Positions 27,123 to 36,669 of a stretch of 53,260 bases of DNA are shown piece by piece; positions within the stretch are counted from its first letter, which is position 1; every line of letters begins with the position of its first letter. A program made the translations under genes and the position numbers. The stretch comes from Gemmatimonadaceae bacterium (lineage in GTDB: Bacteria; Gemmatimonadota; Gemmatimonadetes; Gemmatimonadales; Gemmatimonadaceae), in contig JAJAYP010000203.1 of assembly GCA_026786185.1 (NCBI GenBank), positions 1 through 53,260 on the forward strand, in the 5' to 3' direction. Under the pieces are notes generated by a model. That model did no database searches and had not been told where the DNA came from. It was given only the letters and a program-made list of their open reading frames with translations.

Positions 27123-28325
27123 CTACCAGCTCGCCTGCAGGTTGGTGAGCAGGAGACCGCGGGGCGCCGAGATCGCGGACGGAAAGTACTTGCGCAGATA
27201 GTTCATCTGGAGTCGCACGTTCATCACGGGCACGGCGTAGGTGAAGCCGCCGATCCAGTCGCGCTCGCGCGCATCCGCGAGCGCCGTTTCACGGCTCCGA
27301 TCGGGGTCGAAGACATCATGACGTGCGATGAGCGTGAGGCGCGGCGTTGGCGAGAAGCCGACGTGCCCGAACCACCCCTCGCCCCGGCGCGTGCCGTCGC
27401 GACCCATCATGTATTCGCCCTTCACGAGGATCCGGCCGGCGACCAGCTTCAGGTCGGTGCCGGCTCGCTGACGAATGAGGCTGTCCGGTCCGCCGAAGGC
27501 GGTGGTTGCGCCCGACGCGCCAAGTTCGAGTTGGGAGAAGAGCGGCACGCGACCGCCGATTCGACCAGCGACTGCCTTCTGTCGATTGCGGTCGGTGTCG
27601 TTCTGGCTCTCTCCCACTCCGTTGAAGACACCCATGGCGACATCCAGACGACCAGATGGAGCCATGCGGACGAGCAGCCCGAGGTCTCGCGAATTCCCGT
27701 AACTGCCGCCGCGCGATCGATCACTGGAAAACAGGGCCCGTTCCACGGTCTCGAGCACCGCGGACGATTGCGTATTGCCCTCGATCCCGAGTGGAATCTT
27801 GAATTGGCCCACGTCCAATTGAAGTCTGGCGGGCAGGGAGAGCGCGAGAAACGCGTCCTGGAGCGGTCTCCCATTCTGATTCACCGTCGTCTGCGTGACG
27901 ACGGTGGATCCCCCGACATTCGTCGTGGCGCTGCTGGTGGTGAGCAGCTTCGCGGCGTCGAAGCCGAGCGTCCAGCGCGCGCGTCGACTGACGTCGCCGC
28001 TGAATTTGATGGCCGCCCGACGAAGGCGAAACGTGTTCTGGAATCCTCCGTCGCCCTGCGCGTACCAGACCTGCAGCAGGCCGCTCATGCGGATGGGCGA
28101 GACAGTGGCAGCAGGTGCGGGCGCGCCGATCACTCGTCCGCTGTCCCCGCGTTGCGCCCGTATCTCGCGCTGCAGCGCGGTGACCTGGCTGTCGAGCCGC
28201 GCGATCTGGCGCGCCTGCTGCTCGAGCACGGTGGAGTCGCGCGTGCCGTCCTGACGTTGCGCAGGGAGCAGCGGTCCCACCCCAATGAGCAGGGCGAGGA
28301 CGACAATCGTCGCGTTCACGATCAC
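27123..28325 (-). CDS. Outer-membrane porin, OprO/P-like (phosphate-selective porin family) with N-terminal coiled coil
   Basis: A GTG start region gives (V)IVNATIVVLALLIGV as signal. The coiled coil is LEQQARQIARLDSQVTALQREIRAQ. The body has alternating beta-strand sequence and the C-terminus ends ..NLQASW. Confidence 0.55.
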   Translation of the reverse strand: MIVNATIVVLALLIGVGPLLPAQRQDGTRDSTVLEQQARQIARLDSQVTALQREIRAQRGDSGRVIGAPAPAATVSPIRMSGLLQVWYAQGDGGFQNTFRLRRAAIKFSGDVSRRARWTLGFDAAKLLTTSSATTNVGGSTVVTQTTVNQNGRPLQDAFLALSLPARLQLDVGQFKIPLGIEGNTQSSAVLETVERALFSSDRSRGGSYGNSRDLGLLVRMAPSGRLDVAMGVFNGVGESQNDTDRNRQKAVAGRIGGRVPLFSQLELGASGATTAFGGPDSLIRQRAGTDLKLVAGRILVKGEYMMGRDGTRRGEGWFGHVGFSPTPRLTLIARHDVFDPDRSRETALADARERDWIGGFTYAVPVMNVRLQMNYLRKYFPSAISAPRGLLLTNLQASW

Positions 28326-28335
28326 GCGTACGGAG

Positions 28336-29037
28336 CTAGAGGAGCGACGGCGGTCGCCGGCTGTCAACCGACCGCAGATCGGCGATCTGCAGCGCTGCGG
28401 CGGCGTGCACGGAGAGCAGATCGAGCAGCGCGATATCGGTCGGACGTAAAATGGACCGGTGCGCCGCGAGAGTGAAGACGACGATCGCCCCAATCGTGTG
28501 CGGCCACGCCATGAGCGGAATCGAGGCGAGCGGCCCGTTTCGCGGAAGCTCGCCGAGACTTCGCGGACCGGCGATCTGGATCGCCCCGGATTCGAGCGCC
28601 GCGGATACCAGTACGTCGCTCACGAGCAGCGGGCCGCATGCCGCGCCGTTTGCCCCCACCCCGACGATCGGCCAGAGGGTCCGGCCTTCGTCGTCCAGCC
28701 CCAGCACGACGAAATCGTCGGATCCGATGGCGCTCACGAAGATCTCCTGGAGCATCGCGAGGACAGCGGCGCGATCAGCGCATGACGCCAGCCCGGTTGC
28801 CGCAAGCCGCAGCTTTTCGAGATCGGCCACCCTCTGATCCGCCGCCGCGACTTCCGTGGAGAGCACGCTGACGTGTCGTTCGAGTCGCGCGACCTCTCCG
28901 GCGAGTCGTGCGCGAGCGTCGTGCAGCTCGGCCAACTCGGACTGCATGACGATCGCACTGGAGCGCGGCGTCGGATTGCTGGGGCGGGTCATCGATGCTG
29001 CCATAGCTACGTCGCCATAGCTGAGGTGGGCGTCCAC
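28336..29037 (-). CDS. Coiled-coil + GAF-like domain protein
   Basis: The N-terminal part is a heptad-like segment. The C-terminal part follows a GAF-like pattern (..FVVLGLDDEGRTLWPIVGVG...IPLMAWPHTIGAIVVFTL..LLDLLSVHAAAAL). The start codon is uncertain. Confidence 0.5.
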   Translation of the reverse strand: MDAHLSYGDVAMAASMTRPSNPTPRSSAIVMQSELAELHDARARLAGEVARLERHVSVLSTEVAAADQRVADLEKLRLAATGLASCADRAAVLAMLQEIFVSAIGSDDFVVLGLDDEGRTLWPIVGVGANGAACGPLLVSDVLVSAALESGAIQIAGPRSLGELPRNGPLASIPLMAWPHTIGAIVVFTLAAHRSILRPTDIALLDLLSVHAAAALQIADLRSVDSRRPPSLL

Positions 29038-29248
29038 GCGGCGCGGCCACGCGTGGAGACACGGCGTGGCTACGGCAGTGACCTTCGATCACTGCGCACG
29101 TCATGCTACCGGATGGAGGGGCTTCCGGTCCAATACTTCCTGCGCACGGTCGACTGTCGTCGTCGGTTGCGTTCCGACAGCTCCGACCTCCGGTGATGCC
29201 GATCGGGTATCCCTTCGACATGTCCTCGGCATCGGTGACGCTGGCTAC

Positions 29249-31165
29249 ATGAACCTGAGACAGCTGCAGTACTTCATCGCCGTCGCGGACTGGGGCGGTT
29301 TTCGACAGGCCGCGGCACGGCTGAACGTCGCGCAGCCGGCCCTGTCGCGACAGGTCAAGTCGATGGAGTCCGAGCTCGGGCTTCTGCTGCTCGATCGCAC
29401 CAGCCGCCAGGTCGCGCTCACGCCCGCGGGTACGGTCTACCTGCGCGCCGTTCGCCGCGTGCTCGACGACGTGGCGAACGGGGTGCGTCGAGCCAGGCTG
29501 GCGAGCGCTGGACAGGTGGGCCGATGTGTGATCGCCGCCCAGCGCACGGCGCACTCGCCTGGATTACTGCCTCGCGCGGCCGAGCTCATCGCGATGCGCT
29601 ATCCCGAGATCGAGCTCACCATCACCGAAGCGGATGTCCCGGATCACTGGGACATGCTGCGACGTGGTGAGGCGGACGTGGTCGTGGGTCCCGGACCTGT
29701 GCCCGGGATCGAAGGCATCGACGCCGAGCACCTGTGGATGGAGGCGATCCGCTGCGTATTGGTGCCAGCCGGTCATGCCCTGGCCCACCGCGCATCGGTA
29801 CGCCTCGCCGATCTGGCTGGCGAATCGTTTCTCGCCATCGAGCCATCGCTGATGCCAAAGCCGTGGCTTCGCCTTGACCAGGCACTCGAGCGTGTGGGGG
29901 TATCGCGAGCGCAGGTCCGCGTCGTCCGAAGCATGAGTAGCGTGCGCTCCCTCGTCGCTGCCGGCCACGGATGCTCGCTCGTATCGGACGCGTATCTGCA
30001 GCAACCCCCCGCCGGTACCGCCGTCGTCGAGATCGAGGACCTGTCCGTGGAGGTGGAGATCATGTCTCACTGGCGCGCCACCGATGGGGCGAGCGTCGCG
30101 CACATCGTTCGCGACATGCTGCGGGAGGCATGTCACGGCGCTATTGAATCCTCTGCACCTGCCATGACGGCGGACGCACAGGAACTCGAGCGCGAAGTCG
30201 TCACGCTGCCGCGAGCGCTGGAGCTGCGGCAGCTGGACTACCTGCGCGGCGCACTGGACTCCGCCAGCATCGGCGAGGCGGCGGGAGCACTCGGCATCGC
30301 ACAGCCCGTGTTGTCACGGCAGCTACGGGATCTGGAGCGCACGATCGGTGTCGCGCTTTTGAAGCGCACCCATCGGGGCGTGAGCGCGACCGCCGCCGGC
30401 GCGTTGCTGGTGCGCGAGACGAGACGAGTGGACGAACGGCTCGCCGACGCGCGACAATCCGCCCACCGCGCGTATCGCGGGGCGATGGGAGAGTGCATGC
30501 TGGCCACCATCAGCACACCGATGAGCATGCGCGTCGTTGCATCCGTGCTCGCCGAATGCACGCGCAGCGATCCCGAGATCTCGATCGAGGTGCTCGAAGT
30601 GCCGAGCATCTCGCAGGAGCCGGCATTGCTGAGTGCGACCGTGGACGTGGCGTTCAGTGTGCTGACGTCGATGGCACCGCGTGATCCATCGATCGTGCGC
30701 GAGCACATGCTCGATGATCCCCTCGACTGCGTTCTCGTGGCGCGTGACCACCCGCTCTCCGGCCGGCCGCGGGTGCGGCTTCCGGAACTTGGCACGCTGC
30801 CCTTCCTGTTCGCCGCGCGAGAGTCGCATCCCGCCCTTCATGACGACGTGATGCAGCAGCTCCAGCGACTGGAGCTGTGCTCACCGATCAACGGCACGTT
30901 CCAATCGCTGCACCTGCGCTGGTCGCAGGTGGCGAGCGGACGGGGGTGGTGCCTGGGCTTCCGGTCGCAGCGCGTTCATCCCCCGAGCGGCACCGTGGCG
31001 ATCGCGGTGGACGGCCTGCTCGTCCCCTGGGGGATGGAGCTGCTCTGGCGAGCCAGTGAGGATCGGATGATGGTGTCCACGCTCGTCGAGGCGTTTCGCC
31101 GTGCGGCCGCCGCGATCCGTGGCCAACCGGGGCCGGTGCATCAGTTGGGCACCCCGTTCGCGTAG
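29249..31165 (+). CDS. Tandem (duplicated) LysR-type transcriptional regulator: two complete HTH + effector-binding modules in one ORF
   Basis: Module 1 HTH is MNLRQLQYFIAVADWGGFRQAAARLNVAQPALSRQVKSME. Module 2 HTH is LELRQLDYLRGALDSASIGEAAGALGIAQPVLSRQLRDLE. Each is followed by ~200 aa of LysR_substrate-like sequence, with no stop between them. Confidence 0.75.
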   Translation: MNLRQLQYFIAVADWGGFRQAAARLNVAQPALSRQVKSMESELGLLLLDRTSRQVALTPAGTVYLRAVRRVLDDVANGVRRARLASAGQVGRCVIAAQRTAHSPGLLPRAAELIAMRYPEIELTITEADVPDHWDMLRRGEADVVVGPGPVPGIEGIDAEHLWMEAIRCVLVPAGHALAHRASVRLADLAGESFLAIEPSLMPKPWLRLDQALERVGVSRAQVRVVRSMSSVRSLVAAGHGCSLVSDAYLQQPPAGTAVVEIEDLSVEVEIMSHWRATDGASVAHIVRDMLREACHGAIESSAPAMTADAQELEREVVTLPRALELRQLDYLRGALDSASIGEAAGALGIAQPVLSRQLRDLERTIGVALLKRTHRGVSATAAGALLVRETRRVDERLADARQSAHRAYRGAMGECMLATISTPMSMRVVASVLAECTRSDPEISIEVLEVPSISQEPALLSATVDVAFSVLTSMAPRDPSIVREHMLDDPLDCVLVARDHPLSGRPRVRLPELGTLPFLFAARESHPALHDDVMQQLQRLELCSPINGTFQSLHLRWSQVASGRGWCLGFRSQRVHPPSGTVAIAVDGLLVPWGMELLWRASEDRMMVSTLVEAFRRAAAAIRGQPGPVHQLGTPFA

Positions 31166-31803
31166 CGCGCGACGGCGACGAGGTGAAACGCGCTGCCCGC
31201 GAGCACGAACAGGTGCCATACGAAATGGTGATAGCGCAGATGGTCGCGCACGTAGAAGTGTACGCCTACCGTGTAACTCAGGCCTCCTGCGCCAAGCCAC
31301 GCGAGGCCGATGGGGCCGAGCGCGCGGTAGAGCGGCAGTAGCGCCACCACGATGAGCCACCCCATCAGCAGGTAGACCGCCGTGGACAGGCGCGGATATC
31401 GAAAGCCAAGTCCCGCCTTGAGGAGAATGCCGCCCGCGGCGAGGGTCCAGATGATGACCAGCAGCGACCAGCCCCACGGACCGTGCAGCGCGCCGAGCGC
31501 GAACGGCGTATAGGTGCCGGCGATGAGCAGGTAGATGGCGCCGTGGTCGAGGGCTCGAAACAGCCGCTTGGCCGGAAAGTGGGACGGGAGCGCGTGATAC
31601 ATGGTCGACGCCGAGTACAGCAGCACGAGCGTGGTGGCGTAGATCGCACCCGCGACGATCTGTCTCGAATCGTCGCGGCGGGCAGCTGCCACAATCAACA
31701 GCGGCATCGCGACGAGTCCCATGAGCATGCCGGCGCCATGACTGATGGCATTGGCGATCTCCTCGCCTGTGGACTGCCCGCGCGGGGGGACGTTCATGCG
31801 CAA
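31141..31803 (-). CDS. Hemolysin III / PAQR family membrane protein
   Basis: Motifs are EEIANAISHG, ..STMYHAL.., ..LDHGAIYLLIAGTYTPF.., ..HFVWHLFVLAGSAFH... There are seven hydrophobic segments. Confidence 0.85.
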   Translation of the reverse strand: MRMNVPPRGQSTGEEIANAISHGAGMLMGLVAMPLLIVAAARRDDSRQIVAGAIYATTLVLLYSASTMYHALPSHFPAKRLFRALDHGAIYLLIAGTYTPFALGALHGPWGWSLLVIIWTLAAGGILLKAGLGFRYPRLSTAVYLLMGWLIVVALLPLYRALGPIGLAWLGAGGLSYTVGVHFYVRDHLRYHHFVWHLFVLAGSAFHLVAVARYANGVPN

Positions 31804-31824
31804 TGCCGATTCAATCGTCGTGCG

Positions 31825-33996
31825 TCACTGCCCGGGTCTGTAGCGTCGGCCGACGTGCCCTCGAAGCTGTGACGGGTAGAAATACACGTCCCGCAGGTTG
31901 CCCTTGCTATAGCGCATCGCCTGATCGTTGAAGTGCGGCGAGGCGGGATGTCCGCTCTCTCCGCCCGCGGTGACGGCCTTGGCGCGAACGCTGTCTCCGA
32001 ATTCGACGACGGCGACGAAGCTGTTCCCGCTGGTGCCGTACATCTTCCGGGTGCCGGGCCAGGTGCGAGCGCCGAACGACGCGAGCGAGCCCCATCGCGA
32101 CGAGGTGAAGCCGACCGGGATGCTCGGCTTCGCGTCGTCGAATGGCTGCACGATGTCGCCCGTGATCCGCTGGAAGCGATTGATCTCGCCCCACGGCACC
32201 TGCCAGCGGCCGAAGTCGCGCGTCAACCGTCCGGACGCCGTCGCGAGGGCCTCGAGTCGCTGCGCGGATGTCGCACGTTTTCCGATGAAATCGTAGACGG
32301 ACATGTCCTCGGAGTCGGCATTCGCGCTCACGCGGCTCCAGAGTTCGTCGCCCCAGTAGACGGCGAGCGACGTCGGCACCGAGGACTCCGACCAGCGGTG
32401 GTCCCAGCCGCGGAGCGCGGCAATCTGACCCGACAGGGACGCCTTGCGCGGATCCGAGGGCGCGAGCTCGTCGTACGATGCGAGCAACGTCGGCAGGAGA
32501 TCAGCGAAGGCGGGGAGCCACGTGTCGTACGCAGCCTCGATCAGTGTGGGAAGGGTGAAATCGGTTCGCGCCTTGAGCACCCGCATGGCGTGGATCCCGC
32601 GCGGATTCTCCTCGTACCTGTCCATGTACGACGGAAAGCGGTCGCGCCGCGGGCTGTCGGTGCCGGCGGCCGAATAGGGCCAGTTGTTGGTGTTGTAGAG
32701 CCATCCGCCCCCCGGATTGATGACCAGCGGACTCTCGTCGATCGAATGGATTCCCTTCCACTCGGTTGCGGGGTCGCTGCCGTCCACCGGACGCGACCAG
32801 TCGAAGCTGGTGTCGCGCCGCGGGACGAAGTTCGCGTGGAAGTAGGCGATGTTCCCGTCGGCGTCGGCGTAGATGGTGTTGTTGGACGAGTTGGTGTGCA
32901 GCTCCATCGATGCCCGGAAGTCGGCGATGCCGCGCGCCTTGGTCCGTGTGAACGATTGGGTCAGCGCCTTGAGCGGCTCCTGCATCAGCCTCACGGTCAC
33001 CCACTTTCCTTCGGCGTCACGGACGACGGGACCGTGATGGGTGCGGTAGACCGTGAACTCCTTCCGCGCCATGCCCGCCCGCGTCCGGAAGGGCACGACC
33101 ACGCGTGTTGCCGTGACGGGCCGCGTCTCCGTGCCGAATCGATAGGTGTACTGGTCGCCGGATCGCTCCACCGTCTCGAGATACTCGTCGATGGCGTCGG
33201 CGCCGCTGGAGGTGTGCATCCAGCCCGCGCGCTCGTTGAAGCCCTGATAGACGAAGAACTGTCCCCAGGTGACTGCGCCGTAGGCGTTCAACCCTTCCCC
33301 GCTGGTGACCTGCACTTCCGAGCGAAAGAAGAACGACGTGTGCGGATTGATCAGCAGGAGCGCACGACGATTGGCCGTGTTGGCGGGGGCGATCGCGAAA
33401 CCGTTCGAGCCCGACGGTTCGCGGGGAGGCGCGGCGGGCTCGGCGCGCGCGCGGCCCATCGTGCGCTTGCCGTAGAACGCCTCCAGCTCGCGAAGTGACA
33501 CCGTTTCGATGTCACCCCCAATGCTGCCCTCGCTGAAGGTGAGGGCCATCCACGGCTCGAATCGCGTGATCACGCGCGGCTTTACCTGCCGGTGCGTGGC
33601 GAGGTAGAAGTTCAGTCCGTCGGCCCACGCCATCATGAGCGATTTCAGCCAGGGCGGACTCACGGCGTACTGCGCGCGGATGCTGTCCGGATTCACGAAG
33701 AGCTTCATCCGGAGGTCGCGATAGATCGCGCTGCTGCCCTCGGCCTCCGCCAGGCGACCCATCGCGTTGAGGTAGTTGGTCTCGATGCGATTGAAGTCGT
33801 CTTCCGCCTGCGCGTACATCAGGCCGAACACCGCGTCGGCGTCGGTGCGGCCGCGCACATGCGCGATGCCATGATCGTCGCGCGTGATCGTGACGTCGCG
33901 CGCCTGGCGCGCCCATCGTGCCGCGTCGGTATCCGCCGCATCGAGCGGTGTGCACGAGAGCGAGAATGCGGCGAGCAACAGTGCGAGCTTCGTCAT
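31825..33996 (-). CDS. Penicillin/AHL acylase family Ntn-hydrolase (periplasmic)
   Basis: ATG 33996 gives the signal MTKLALLLAAFSLSC. The autoprocessing/nucleophile region is ..PSGSNGFAIAP... Overall the sequence is S45-like. Confidence 0.75.
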   Translation of the reverse strand: MTKLALLLAAFSLSCTPLDAADTDAARWARQARDVTITRDDHGIAHVRGRTDADAVFGLMYAQAEDDFNRIETNYLNAMGRLAEAEGSSAIYRDLRMKLFVNPDSIRAQYAVSPPWLKSLMMAWADGLNFYLATHRQVKPRVITRFEPWMALTFSEGSIGGDIETVSLRELEAFYGKRTMGRARAEPAAPPREPSGSNGFAIAPANTANRRALLLINPHTSFFFRSEVQVTSGEGLNAYGAVTWGQFFVYQGFNERAGWMHTSSGADAIDEYLETVERSGDQYTYRFGTETRPVTATRVVVPFRTRAGMARKEFTVYRTHHGPVVRDAEGKWVTVRLMQEPLKALTQSFTRTKARGIADFRASMELHTNSSNNTIYADADGNIAYFHANFVPRRDTSFDWSRPVDGSDPATEWKGIHSIDESPLVINPGGGWLYNTNNWPYSAAGTDSPRRDRFPSYMDRYEENPRGIHAMRVLKARTDFTLPTLIEAAYDTWLPAFADLLPTLLASYDELAPSDPRKASLSGQIAALRGWDHRWSESSVPTSLAVYWGDELWSRVSANADSEDMSVYDFIGKRATSAQRLEALATASGRLTRDFGRWQVPWGEINRFQRITGDIVQPFDDAKPSIPVGFTSSRWGSLASFGARTWPGTRKMYGTSGNSFVAVVEFGDSVRAKAVTAGGESGHPASPHFNDQAMRYSKGNLRDVYFYPSQLRGHVGRRYRPGQ

Positions 33997-34153
33997 GACG
34001 GGGGGCCAGGGGAGACGCGCAAGATGACGAAGGCCATCCCGCTTCACCAGACGTCGCGTGGAGGGAGCGGAAGGGTCGACGGCGCACACCGCGCTCGCGG
34101 CTTACCAACGGAATCGACCCGGCGTACGTTGTCCTGTCGACCCGAGGAGTCGC

Positions 34154-34819
34154 ATGAGGAAAGCATGTCTCGCCATCGCGCTCGCTGGCGCGCTGGGCTG
34201 TAGCGCGAGCACCATCCGCCCATCCCCCGAGCCAGTCCGCCCCATCACGCCTGGCTCCGACGTGCTCACCCCCGCGGCACAGGCCAGGGCCGACAGCGGC
34301 CGGCCTCCCTATACGCGGGCCGATGTCCGATTCATGCAGGGCATGATCGGTCATCATGCGCAGGCGATCGTGATGGCGGGGTGGGCGCCGACGCATGGTG
34401 CGCGGCCCGACGTGCGGATCCTGGCCGAACGGATCGCCGTGGCGCAGCAGGACGAGATCACGACGATGCAACGGTGGTTGCGCGATCGTCGGGAGACGGT
34501 ACCGACGGCCGACGCGCATCACGGGCACGCGGGCATGGACATGCCGGGCATGACGATGCCGCCCATGATGCCGGGCATGCTCACGGCGGATCAGTTCGCG
34601 AAGCTCGACGCGGCGCGTGGTGTCGCGTTCGACCGGCTGTTCCTGAACTACATGATCCAGCACCATCAGGGGGCCGTGGCCATGGTGCAGCAGCTGCTCG
34701 CCGTGCCGGCCGCTGCCCAGGACGACGACATCTTCCGCTTCGTCGCGGACGTGAACGTCGACCAGACCACCGAGATCGATCGAATGCGCGTCATGCTCTC
34801 CACGCTGCCGCCCGACTGA
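34154..34819 (+). CDS. DUF305-family lipoprotein with Met/His-rich insert (copy 1)
   Basis: The lipobox is LAGALGC. Duplicated DUF305 helices are MIGHHAQAI / MIQHHQGAV. The linker is HHGHAGMDMPGMTMPPMMPGM. Confidence 0.8.
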   Translation: MRKACLAIALAGALGCSASTIRPSPEPVRPITPGSDVLTPAAQARADSGRPPYTRADVRFMQGMIGHHAQAIVMAGWAPTHGARPDVRILAERIAVAQQDEITTMQRWLRDRRETVPTADAHHGHAGMDMPGMTMPPMMPGMLTADQFAKLDAARGVAFDRLFLNYMIQHHQGAVAMVQQLLAVPAAAQDDDIFRFVADVNVDQTTEIDRMRVMLSTLPPD

Positions 34820-34866
34820 CACACCGACCGCACCGCTGCTTCCGTCACTTCACCCGCATCACACTC

Positions 34867-36666
34867 ATGATATCAACGATGTTCCTCCGGTCAGCCCGGA
34901 CCGCGCGTTCCGTCGCCGCCACGGGCCTGGTGCTCGTCGCATCGGCGTGTGCTTCCACGATGTCGTCCTCGCCGGGTGGCGGCATGACCGACATGTCGAC
35001 GTCTGCACCGAGCCCCGATCCGCGCGTTGGGTTGCGTGCCGGGTGGATGGACGCCGGCGAAGCGGCGTGGAACCTCGACGTCGTCGCGAAGCGTCAGCCG
35101 TCGGCGGCCTTCATCAACCTCAGCACGCCGGGCGACCGCCGGCTGATCAACTCCGACCTGGCCTTCACGCGCAACTACGTCATCCAGGGCAATTACAGCG
35201 GCTATCAGGTGTTCGACATCGCGAATCCCGCCAACCCGACGCTCGTGACGGCGTACGTGTGCCCGGGCTCGCAGGGCGATGTCTCCGTCTATCGCAACCT
35301 CATGTTCATGTCGGCCGAGGATCAGCGCGGACGGAACGACTGCGGCATGCAGGGCGTGGCCGACACCGTGAGCAAGGAGCGGCTGCGCGGCATTCGCATC
35401 TTCGACATCAGCGAGATGGCGCGTCCCAAGCTGCTCACGACCGTGCAGACGTGCCGCGGCTCGCACACGCACACCGTCGTGACCGACCCGAACGACACCG
35501 CAAACGTCTACGTGTACATCTCCGGCTCGGCTCCTGTCCGGTCGTCGGCCGAGCTGGAGGGCTGCTCCGACCGTCCGATGGAGCAGGACACGAGCACCGC
35601 GCTGTTCCGCATCGAAGTCATCAAGGTGCCGTTGGCGGCACCGGCGCAGGCGCGCATCGTGTCGTCGCCGCGCATCTTCACCGGCCTCGCGCCCGTGATG
35701 ACGCACACCGACACCGGGAATGCCGTGCGCCCGGGCCGCGCCGTGACGCAGTGTCACGACATCACCGTCTACCCGGCCATCGGTCTCGCGGGCGGCGCCT
35801 GCGCCGGCTACGGACTGCTGCTCGACATCCGTGATCCGGCGAACCCGAAGCGGATCGGCGAGGTCGCCGACCCGAACTTCTCGTTCTGGCACTCCGCCAC
35901 GTTCAACAACGACGGCACCAAGGTGTTGTTCACGGATGAGTGGGGTGGCGGATCGCAGCCTCGCTGCCGCACGACCGACAAGCCCGAGTGGGGTGCCAAT
36001 GCGATTTTCACGCTCGCGAACGGCAAGCTGGATTTCGTGAGCTATTACAAGCTGCCCGCGCCACAGACGTCGAATGAGAACTGTGTGGCGCACAATGGCT
36101 CGCTCATTCCCGTGCCCGGTCGCGACATCATGGTGCAATCGTGGTATCAGGGCGGCATCTCGATCTTCGACTGGACCGATCCGGCCCGTCCGAAGGAGAT
36201 CGCGTATCACGATCGTGGCCCGATGGATGCCACGAAGCTCGTGAGCGGCGGCACGTGGTCCGCGTACTGGTACAATGGCTACATCTATTCGTCGGAGATG
36301 TCGCGCGGCCTCGACGTGTTCGCGCTGAAGCCGAGCGGGCTGCTGACGCAGAACGAGATCGACGCGGCGAAGCTGGTGCGGCTCGAGTACTTGAATGCAC
36401 AGTCGCAGCCGAAGGCTTCGTGGCCGGCGAGCTTCGTGCTCGCGCGGGCGTATGTCGATCAACTGGCGCGCGGGAACGGGCTCTCGGGCACGCGCGTGTC
36501 GGCAGTGCGTGGTGAGCTCGCCCGCGCCGAAGGAATGGGCGTGGCGGAGCGACGCACGGCATTGACCACGCTCGCGACGCTGCTCGATGCGGACGCGCAG
36601 AGCTCGAGCGATGCGATGCGGGTTCGGAAGCTGGCCGCGGTGGCTCGGGAAATCGCCGGCATGTAG
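34867..36666 (+). CDS. LVIVD-repeat-like beta-propeller lipoprotein, Cys-rich (copy 1)
   Basis: The lipobox is LVASAC. Repeated ..G.Y.G.QV(F/W)DI(A/S)NP..P.. blades are present, with conserved CRGSHTHT and TQCHDITV motifs. It is a paralogue of 47196..49223. Confidence 0.7.
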   Translation: MISTMFLRSARTARSVAATGLVLVASACASTMSSSPGGGMTDMSTSAPSPDPRVGLRAGWMDAGEAAWNLDVVAKRQPSAAFINLSTPGDRRLINSDLAFTRNYVIQGNYSGYQVFDIANPANPTLVTAYVCPGSQGDVSVYRNLMFMSAEDQRGRNDCGMQGVADTVSKERLRGIRIFDISEMARPKLLTTVQTCRGSHTHTVVTDPNDTANVYVYISGSAPVRSSAELEGCSDRPMEQDTSTALFRIEVIKVPLAAPAQARIVSSPRIFTGLAPVMTHTDTGNAVRPGRAVTQCHDITVYPAIGLAGGACAGYGLLLDIRDPANPKRIGEVADPNFSFWHSATFNNDGTKVLFTDEWGGGSQPRCRTTDKPEWGANAIFTLANGKLDFVSYYKLPAPQTSNENCVAHNGSLIPVPGRDIMVQSWYQGGISIFDWTDPARPKEIAYHDRGPMDATKLVSGGTWSAYWYNGYIYSSEMSRGLDVFALKPSGLLTQNEIDAAKLVRLEYLNAQSQPKASWPASFVLARAYVDQLARGNGLSGTRVSAVRGELARAEGMGVAERRTALTTLATLLDADAQSSSDAMRVRKLAAVAREIAGM

Positions 36667-36669
36667 TGC

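Noticed and set aside
29020-29042. A direct 9-mer repeat GCCATAGCT x2 (14-nt spacing) near the GAF gene start and the divergent LysR promoter
   Set aside because: It falls inside the possible 5' coding end of the GAF ORF (..SYGDVAMAA..). The two copies are too short to distinguish from chance, and I could not identify a LysR T-N11-A box confidently.
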